Part shown: positions 42,188 through 64,000 of the stretch, in pieces | How positions within the stretch are numbered: the first letter of the stretch is position 1 | How the letters are laid out: every line of letters begins with the position of its first letter | Assembly (NCBI RefSeq): GCF_000150275.1 | Contig: NW_002060951.1 | Span: 1,746,297 to 1,810,296, forward strand | DNA: 64,000 nucleotides | Direction of reading: 5' to 3' | Source of the DNA: Trichoplax adhaerens | Lineage: Eukaryota > Animalia > Placozoa | Program-made: the position numbers and the translations under genes | The notes under the pieces: generated by a model | What the model was told of the DNA's origin: nothing | Database searches by the model: none | The model's input: the letters and a program-made list of their open reading frames with translations, nothing else

Positions 42188-44126
42188 CTAGTGAATCATT
42201 ATGTCAGAGCATTGGTAGAACATGGCTGGAGCTTTGGAATTGTCGGTAACATATATAACCTAAACAAAATGGATAGATAAAATTATCATTACCATCCAGT
42301 GGTATAATAGTAATTAATTTTTTTATTGATCAGTTACAGAAACATCAACTGTTTATGATTACGCTAGTAAATGTACTCAAGATGTGCCGGCACTATAGTA
42401 AATTTCTGTATTGCAGCAGAATTTTGAATCGAATCATTTATTTTTGCATTGTGGTTATCCACATCTTAGAAGCTAATAACAGGAACGAAAAATAGGTGGA
42501 ACTTACTTGAATAACAGCAGAGCCACTACATTATTATCGATCATTCATAAGAGGAAGAAAATATTGACATGTATAAATTCAGATTTTTGATTTTAACTTA
42601 ATCAATAATCATACCTTTTACTTTAGACAAGGCTACATAATTCATAGTGAAACTTACCTTTTCTTGGGAATCATGACGTCTTGAGTATAAATCCAGAGAC
42701 TAGGTGTATTAGTGTCAGGGACACTAGCTAAGTGTGTAAATGAATGTGGTTCAACCTTTCCTGATTTCACCATACCAAGAGAAATATTGAACATACCGTG
42801 CTAACCCAACATGTTACGAGTAATTAAATTAAAAAAAATGTTGTTTATTGTTTTAATTCCTTTTCATCAACACATCTCGCATCAATAGAAATATCTATCG
42901 CATCGAAAAGAATTACAGAAAGTCACTAATGCTCAAACATAGGCAGAAAAAGTGACAATTTCATAGCATTTTATTGCATCGCAACATTTATTTTTAAGTG
43001 TGCTTACCATAGCACCATTAGCCCAGTGATTTAAATTTTTCTGAAATACAACGGTGTATTTGGAGCCCCCACTATGAGAATAATGAAGATAATTTAGATA
43101 ACAATCAAGTATTTAATGTCCAACTTTTAAAACATCGTTCAGTCTTGGCTCAGCGGCATTAAGCTTAAAATATAAGAACTGTCAAAATTTATACAGCATC
43201 TGCTACAGTAATATAACTGCTACTCAAAATATAGTACAGTACATTCGATACATAAATCAACTTTAGTTGATAGCGACGAATACATAAATCATGTGGCGTA
43301 ATCTCAGGACAGTAAAATGGCTATTAATTAAAGTATTGCAGGAAAAGAGTCCAAGAGTGCGTTCTATTGTATGGTGCTACACCATAATATTGAGACGAGA
43401 TTTCAAATAATGACACTAGCAAGCAAAGGAATCATTACGCGATAGTCACGGTTGGTTTCATGGCTTTTTGTCCACCGCAAGGCCCAGTCAATCTGATACA
43501 TGAGTCAGAAGCTGTAAAAGATGTAATAGTCCATAATTACATTACCAATGTAATTTATCATATAGTGATTACCATAGCAGAAAAAACTAATTATTTATTT
43601 TTAAAATTCTAGTTTCACGTGAATGATCAAGTTTACTACTGCAATGGTATTAGACGCTATACTACAGTATACTGGATGTACAGTACAATTAATTAACTGT
43701 TTTTTAAGTTCAATAATAAACTAACAATCGTGAGCGAGTGCAGCCAGCTATTGCAGTAAAATATCGATTTCTAATTCAGAGTGCTAGGCGATAACCTAAC
43801 ATATATAGTACAGTATATGATGCTTCTACAACAGAACTACGAAATTATATGATATATTTAAATCGTATCTATTGCAAAATTAACCAGTTATTACAGTACA
43901 ATTATTTTCAATTTGGAGTTTAAACTATTAGCTGAAGCTATAGAATATTGTGCTATGCCGTTATAACAGTGCAACAGTTACTGCGGTAATACGAGTATCA
44001 TGAGGACGTACCAGCTTTATTTATGCCTCTCAGTGAGCCACGTTGACGAGGTGACAGTAAACAGATATGAGAATTAACTGCTACGACACATAGAGCAAGA
44101 GTAATGATCAACAAAGTCTTCGCCAT
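42188..44126 (-). CDS. Secreted His-brace copper protein, LPMO/X325-like (6 exons: 44126-44012, 43511-43439, 43071-43008, 42800-42658, 42525-42507, 42259-42188; 161 aa)
   Basis: Spliced product: MAKTLLIITLALCVVAVNS-HICLLSPRQRGSLRGINKAASDSCIRLTGPCGGQKAMKPTVTIAGGSKYTVVFQKNLNHWANGAMHGMFNISLGMVKSGKVEPHSFTHLASVPDTNTPSLWIYTQDVMIPKKSGSAVIQVIYVTDNSKAPAMFYQCSDIMIH*. All junctions are GT-AG and in phase (486 nt total). The gene model is solid; the family assignment is inferred. Confidence 0.8.
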
Positions 44127-44207
44127 AACTGATTTCACTTTCAGGTCGTGCCTTGCAAAAAGGAGTAAACAATTTTAATGCTAAATGCAAGCTGCACAAG
44201 AACTTGA

Positions 44208-44425
44208 TATACTGTATTGTACAGTACTGTACGGTACAGTATATAGTACACCATTTACAGTAGATTGTTAAGGTACTGTACTGTACTGTACACGTGTGCT
44301 GTACAGTATACAGTACTGTAAATCAATAAGGAATCAATTAATTACATCGTTAATATGCACTTGTGCCGTCATTAATTGCTCTGTACAGTACTACTGTATA
44401 TTGTACTGTACTGTACTGTACTGTA
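44208..44425. promoter_or_regulatory. TACAG/CTGTA array between the LPMO-like gene and tRNA-Gln
   Basis: tactgtattgtacagtactgtacggtacagta and (gtact)4 runs. Confidence 0.55.
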
Positions 44426-44574
44426 TTAGGAGGTGTTAGAGATCAGGTCGGCGTGACCCTACTGACCGTCACATGACTATGGTACGATAAGACAAGGCTG
44501 CATTGTTTGCTTCTCACGAGATGGTGCTATATTCTATTTATATACAATAAAACAATGGCGATTACCAGTGCCAA

Positions 44575-44646
44575 GGCCCCATGGTGTAATGGTTAGCACT
44601 TTGGACTTTGAATCCAACGATCCGAGTTCGAGTCTCGGTGGGACCT
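44575..44646 (+). tRNA. trnQ-UUG: tRNA-Gln (anticodon TTG)
   Basis: GGCCCCATGGTGTAATGGTTAGCACTTTGGAC-TTTGAA-TCCAACGATCCGAGTTCGAGTCTCGGTGGGACCT folds as a cloverleaf with anticodon stem TTGGA/TCCAA and intact A and B boxes. Confidence 0.97.
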
Positions 44647-44653
44647 CTCTGAA

Positions 44654-44667
44654 TTTTTACTTTTTTT
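44654..44667 (+). terminator. Pol III oligo-T terminator of tRNA-Gln
   Basis: T5 and T7 runs begin 8 nt downstream of the tRNA 3' end. Confidence 0.85.
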
Positions 44668-44669
44668 AA

Positions 44670-44903
44670 CTTATAAACTAAGTAAATGTTCTCATTTATG
44701 GGTTATACTGTACTTTATAGTACTGTACTGTAGAAGATTTTTGTAATCTGTGTCATGCACTACCAGATGGCTTAATAAGTACTGCACTCTTATAAACTAA
44801 GTAAATGTTCTCATTCTATGGGTTATACTGTATAGTACTGTACTATAGAAGAATTTTTGTAATCTGTGTCAGCCACTGCTAGTCGGCTTAATATACTGTA
44901 CTC
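44670..44903. repeat. Direct tandem duplication, two copies of about 120 bp (44670-44789, 44790-44903)
   Basis: cttataaactaagtaaatgttctcatt...atgggttatactgta...tagaag...ttttgtaatctgtgtca...ggcttaata occurs twice with small indels. Confidence 0.9.
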
Positions 44904-46218
44904 TAAAGAACTTTATACTAAAGTATCCTGTAATTCAACATTTGAGAATTTCTGGCTTATTATAAGTGATTGCAATAGGGTTGAAGTACAGTAACGCAAA
45001 TATTTACTGTATAAAAGCTTGGGTTATTGATTCTGCAGTTGGGTAACGACTTAGCTTTCATTCTGCTGAATTTTGAGAATTTCTTGAATTTGATTAGTAA
45101 ATTAATTGTATGTATTTCTTAAATTGCCTGTAATATATGTTGTATAATTCTTAATTAAAAATATATGAACGCCGCCATTATAATAAAAATAGATAGTAGT
45201 CATCAAAATGTGTGCATATGGTAGAACAGCCATTTAACACTAATGAACCTGACAGTGAATACAGCAAGCATTTATCCATTGAGTTTATACAGTAATCACT
45301 ACGCATGCAAACGACGCAGTGTCAGGAATATCTGCTCAGGATGTAATATACATACAGTAAATTTATAGCGTAACAGACAATAATTACAATTAATCGCAAC
45401 TATTAATACTTTATGTCCTTAGATCAATTCATTCATAGCAGTAGCAACTTTTAACTGCATTACCGTACGATAAATTTTTAAAAGAACTAAAATTCATTAA
45501 AAAAATTATTTTAAATATGTTTTATTTTGTACGTATAATAACGTGGCCATATACGTTCATATGTAATTTTAGTAGTGTTATAAAAAAACATCTCAAATTG
45601 CAACCGTTTGAGGAATTGTACATTCTTCAGATGTGTATAAAGAAAAGAATTTAAACAATTGCTATTCGCACAATCAATGTAATTGCAATTCGGCCGGTAA
45701 ATGCGCTACTGCGCTGAAAGTTTCAGATATAATGCACTGTACATTGTCAACAAACATCTGCACCGGACGACCAACTAATTAATCCAACTATTATTGAAAC
45801 ATCAATCATTGCTTTCTAACTGGTATGGACCTAATTTTTTAAAGTTATGGTTATATAATAGCGATATCATCTCTGTAGCTGCAACAGGTAAAATGTATAT
45901 GTTTATGGAATAGTTAGACTTTGCGAATGCTGCTAAGAAATACCAAGACAATGTACCAAAGATCAATATATCACATTATTGTGGTAATGTGACTGACAAT
46001 AATGCACCGTATATATTAGTGGACAAGTTAATTCGAAATGTGTACAGAAGTAGTGTATTGAAATACAAAGACATCCAAATATTACACTTAACGTATTGCT
46101 GATAGGACAAAATTATTAAAGATGACGAAAATTTTAAGTAATATCAATGAATTAATTAAACGCCAGTAATAAGCCTCGACTACTATGGATTGTTAAGTAT
46201 TATAATTTTTTGAATTGC

Positions 46219-49200
46219 CTATGGGTCTACATCCATCTTTCCTTCAGCATCCTTATGATCATTGTCGCTATTTTTTTCATCTTTGTCACTTGTCGATGAT
46301 TCTAAAGTCAATACGAATATTTATTATTCGTAAGGGCTTAGCTAAGGCTTTTGTTACATACGCAAGGGTTACATAATGCTTACTTAGTTATTCAACTATG
46401 TAGATACTTACGTTCTTTCGATTCTGACGATTTGGTATTATCAGAAGAAGGTGGTGGGGTGTTATCCTGTAAAGTACCGGCCCTAGCAGCAGTCTCTAGA
46501 GCTCTTGCAAATACTGTCACATCTGAAAGTATTAAAGAAATTATTATTGCGATCTATCACTCGATAATTTCCTATGCTCTATCAGGCAGGACAAATATAC
46601 CATGTCTGTTTGTACAATATATGACATATACACGCGGATGCAGATCTCACCTCCTTGACCAGCCGCGTCAAGTGCGTCAGCCATTCCAAGTTGATCCATC
46701 ATGGAACCAAGCTGACCGGATTGAAGTGCTGTGCTAAACGAACTTAATGCCTACTCCAAGTAATGTTGGTATTGATACATCATTAATTAATGTAATTTTT
46801 CACCGCATATATGTGCATCACTACATCTCTACTAGATATCGCGGTGTATATGACTTAGATTAAGAAAGCATAAAAGTTACAAGAATATATCTTTATATCA
46901 ATACAGTAATCGATGAGATCAGTATTAGTAAACTATACCTGCTGAAAAGGAGGCGACGTTAACGTTTCTCGTAAGCGTTCGCTAGTATTCTCATTTTCGC
47001 TACCAGGGGGTAAGAATGGCCGTAACTGCTGCAATAATTGCGAGTTACTACTTAGTGACGAAACTGCAGCTTCATCCAACATCTGATTTAAGTCAACTTC
47101 TACTAATAGGAGGGAATATCATAACAATTAAGATAGTTTCATCACTAGCATAATGTATTGAAACATAAAGTAAAATTTTGTCTAACGATTTTCAACTGAT
47201 ACAATACAATTACAAATCTTTCGGAGTAGTGATATCATTCAGAAAGAAATTAATTTTAATATTACTATATTTACAGCATAACAAATATTTCGACTACGCT
47301 GCACTACCTTATTATACCGTAAAACTTACCAGGTCTTTGTTGTGAATCCATAGCTTTTCATTGTTTTATTTTTGATTGTTAAAGATATTTCCAACGTATC
47401 ATTAAAAGTATTCAATGTTAAAATTTAATTCTAAGTTATATTACAGTATCATTATTGTACAGTAATTAATTCTCAAAGCTATTTACCTGGCAATCCTGCT
47501 AGAATATTCTGAATGTCACTCAGTTGAGTAGTACGTTGTTGTTGTGGTGTGGTTGTGTTCCTATCATCGGCTGCATTAACAACATTTGGTGTTGCGGTTG
47601 CTGGTCGTGAATTTCCCTGGCTGTTCGAGTTACTGGATGCAACTGCAGCTGGTGACGAGTGAGGGCGACTAGGGCGAGATATACCCGAACTATATGTATT
47701 ATGAAGAAATTCAATTTAAATTCAACGAGGGTTACAAAACGCAGGTAATATAATAGATCTAAGACCGCTTTGTAGTCCAATGTGTTTGTATACTCGTACT
47801 TAGGGTAAAATCTCACTTATTAGCAGTTAATAATGATAACATTACTAGTTAGACTTACAGCAATCCAGTCGTATCTAAAGCGTCAACATTGGGCAGGCCA
47901 GGATTTGCGCCTCCAAATCCGTACATTCTCATTAATTCTATTTCAAGTTTCCAAACATAGGTTAGATTAGATAAATTGATATTTGAACTAAAGTCGGAGG
48001 GTGAAATAGTAACTTAAATGTGCGTGAAGGAAGTAATGGACTTTAGACAGGCCATAGGTATCATGATTAGCAAAATGCGTGTATAATATTCAGGTTATGA
48101 CAAAGGGATAGACACAACCAACGTTAGCAATTTCGACTAAATACACACGCTTATCATACCAGAATTTGACATGGAGCCAGCGGAACTCAAGGCAGCACTT
48201 GGATTATTTAATACTTCGTTAACCTTATTACAATTAACTTCATCTTTATCAGTTTTGATATCCTGCATCCAAAAGAAAAGCTTTCGAGCTGAATTGCGAA
48301 ATTTCAATACATATACTCGTCCAGTAGTACATTGGGTAACTCGACTAAAGTTTACATCTTCGGGAAAGATAATCAAGTCCTAGAATTAGAGAATGGAAAT
48401 ATAACTATTTCACCTTTACAGAATTTGATGTTCATACCATCAGTTCATAACTTTTAAGGTCATTTCAGTGTGTAAGAGACCCAACTATCTGACTGGGTCT
48501 AGTGTGCAGTTTACTGATATTGTAGTTGTGCCACTGCAAAGTACAGTACATGAAGGCAAGCAAAGTTCAATCTAACAATTTATTGCTTATCGGTTATTTC
48601 GTATTATCACTATGCCAGTTCAACTACTCCAGTACTTATACATCCAATATAAATAGGGTATTTTAGGTGTCGAATGATGTCTTCAATGTTGAATAAGTTC
48701 AACATTTTGAGAGACTAGTCCTAAACGTTGGGGACAACGCTTAGGCTAGGGAATTTTACCCTGAATTTTACTATCCGAAATTTGGGCTAGTTCCTAAGCA
48801 TTTATGAAATAGGAAAAGGCAAGATGGTATTTCGTAAAATAAATATAGGCTGGTATCTTCTCGTTTCGTTGCGTTAATTACTAAGATTTACAGGAAGCAC
48901 CAAGATGCTACGGAAGCTACTCCCAATTGTGAGTCAAATGAATAAAAATGATAAGCAAAGAATGAACTTTTACATGTGTTATAACTTGAGCATTAGTAAA
49001 AAGCAGAGCACAGTCTGTAAAGCACATATCGGTTAGTTTAACACTTTAACCGAATTATGACAGAGTCATTGGACTGTAGTCTATCTTACTAGCTGTATGA
49101 TATCATCACTTGTGTGATTTTCATTCAAAATTAATCGTTTGCACACTACGACATCAGCGACCAGTTCAGTGTAATTGTATAGTCATTCTGAATTGAATGG

Positions 49201-49640
49201 TTACTATACCATTGTAGTAAAGCGCTGTGCTTTGGCATTAGCCAACTGGTGATTACTATCATGGACATTTCGCTGGCTACTACTTCTATTTTATTACTGG
49301 ACTGTTTTGCTAGAAATCCAATTCAAGGAGTATACTTGTGTCGATTTTGTCATTTATTGCTAATTGTTTTCAATTACAATTCAGATGTGAATCAATTCAA
49401 TATTGTACAACTTACATCGTCAACTTTACCAGTGGTCCTATCTTTCCAACAGAAATGCATTAAACTATCATCACCCTGAAATACATATAGAAGTCCTTTT
49501 CGTTGATCTGGCTTGACCAATTTTCCAGTCATCGTCATTTTACCAGCCTTAAATTCGACGAGATTGCGATGTTGTGGTAAACGCATATTCTGCCCTAAAT
49601 TACCGAATAAATTTTGAGAATAGCCACCTGGAAAGGACAT
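46219..49640 (-). CDS. ADRM1: Proteasomal ubiquitin receptor ADRM1/Rpn13
   Basis: Pru domain LVEFKAGKM...[12 protein letters not shown]...[16 protein letters not shown] | DLIIFPED...[10 protein letters not shown]...[14 protein letters not shown] region LRPFLPP...LTSPPFQQ | [15 protein letters not shown]. Ends KMDVDP* (TAG at 46221-46219). Confidence 0.96.
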
Positions 49641-49970
49641 AATGACTGTCTTGAAACTGCTTAATTCTTGGAATTCACTTTCAAGCTTCCAAGTTATTAT
49701 TGCGGTTGTACTCTTTCGAATACTGACTGAATACGGTAGTTCAACGATCTTTTGGTCGGGTTGTTACAATACTGTAGTGACGTCTGCTGAATGCCAGCGG
49801 ATCCGTACTAACGTGGTGTACGATAGTGTCGTGCTTCAGTAGCTTCTTGCGTAAACGCGGTAATAGCATAGAGTCGAGTCATTCAGTAGTCAGCATTGCA
49901 GGTAGCTGAGTCTTTTTTGTGCCTTTATGACCGAGCAGCCTCTCGTGACTTGTGTATTAATCCAGAATGA

Positions 49971-50845
49971 TACTGTACACTGTACACTGTACACTGTAGC
50001 GTATCCAGTACTGTACACAGTGTACAGTACTGCATAAATGAGTGAAATACAGCACTGTACTGTACATACGCATACTTGCGTCACAGCTAGTATTCACATC
50101 TGTACTAGGACGTACTACGTACCGATGCAGGCCGACGACCAACGGCAGCTTTTTCTTTTCTTTTGCCAGAGTCAAGGTCTACAGTCTCCAGTACTGTACA
50201 CTGTAACTCCATTCTTTCTTCTTTCCAGCAGCCCATGTGTGAGTGGACACGACTCGGTCCAGTTCAGTCCACAACGATGGATACTGCTGTAGGACAATCA
50301 CACGGTGGAACTTGTCGGTTGCTTTTTGTTCATAGTTGCAGACTTGCAGGCATATTTGACAGTTGGGTCCCACGCTAGTTCAATCGCAGCAGTATGCTAG
50401 CGACTACTGTAAAATAGCACTGGGGACTTGTCGATTTTATCCAGAAGTTCCCGATGATACTCATTCTCATCTTTCAATGAAGAAGATAGCATAATCAGTC
50501 TCTACGTTGTTATACTGTAGATTGACTGAATGTCCCCTTTTTCTTCTTCATTTACTGTACTGTACAGATGAGAGCGATGACTGGTGAGTATCATTTTTGC
50601 ATAAGAGAGAAGGGGTTTAGACCGTTTGCTACTGGTCCCTGAGTATGCTCATCACCCATGGACCCTGGGCCCATGGTTCACAATTATCAGCTTGTCCGAA
50701 TGTGACTCATCGCTACAGTACAGTACAGCACGCTACTGTACTGTCCACCATCCTTACAGTACTGTACAGTACTGTACTCTGTACCGTATTCTACAGTACG
50801 TACTGTAGTACTGCCATGATTAGCCTACAGTACAGTGTACAGTAT
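49971..50845. promoter_or_regulatory. TACAG/CTGTA arrays in the ADRM1 / SCRIB bidirectional promoter
   Basis: (actgtac)3 at 49972-49995 and a dense block at 50714-50845. Confidence 0.55.
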
Positions 50846-51000
50846 CAATACTGTGGACTTCATGTACGGTAAGTGAAGATACTGTCGGCGTCAAATAGGC
50901 TGTGACGTGAAGTTCGCCTTTAAACTTGCAAGCCTGTCAACGCGCACTGCCATTGCTCGCTACTGCACACTCCAATTGCTGTATGATCGACTTAAGTTGA

Positions 51001-63718
<12,718 letters not shown>

Positions 63719-64000
63719 TAAAGTCTTAAAAATGGGACAATGATTTCGTAATAATTATATTAATTTTCACGGATTGGTAATGACCTCTAACAATTATCTA
63801 AATTACCTTGAGGTAACATTGAAAGAAAAGTAAATTACTCACTATGGAAGTGTATTGTCATTCTTTATAATTGCATGTACTGAATTGTCTGTTTTAATAT
63901 TATTATGTATTATTCATTTATCACGATCATTTTTATTATCGATGTATTGTAATTTCATACCTATTAGCTATTCGCCTTGCTGCTGTGGAAATTTATCATA

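Noticed and set aside
44575-44581. C3:A70 mismatch in the tRNA acceptor stem suggesting a pseudogene
   Set aside because: The same GGCCCCA/TGGGACC stem occurs in animal tRNA-Gln(TTG) genes, and the other arms, boxes and terminator are intact.
46351-46737. 128-aa plus-strand ORF (also 48171-48383, 10122-10447, 63412-63701)
   Set aside because: These are antisense shadows of ADRM1, BUD13 and SCRIB exons.

Overview
AT-rich, intron-dense eukaryotic DNA with short (about 65-130 nt) GT-AG introns. Gene content and compactness fit an early-branching animal, most likely a placozoan (Trichoplax-like); this is an inference. I assembled nine spliced protein-coding genes by hand: PFK (5'-truncated), POLR3K/RPC11, BUD13, a GABA-B-like class C GPCR, CtIP/RBBP8, an uncharacterised coiled-coil protein, a small secreted protein, ADRM1/Rpn13 and Scribble (16 LRR + 4 PDZ). 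There is also one tRNA-Gln(TTG). The two main observations are: (1) a six-exon gene absent from the ORF track, encoding a 161-aa secreted protein whose mature chain starts with His and ends in FYQCSDI, the signature of a histidine-brace copper protein (LPMO/X325-like); (2) dense palindromic (TACAG/CTGTA)n arrays at every gene 5' end in the window except the GPCR, a candidate promoter-marking system. Lesser findings include a multi-hairpin intronic RNA candidate, a probable U12-type intron, a GC-AG intron, a PLAT-like pseudogene relic and several repeats. Most short ORFs in the track are exon read-through or artefacts of the TACAG arrays.
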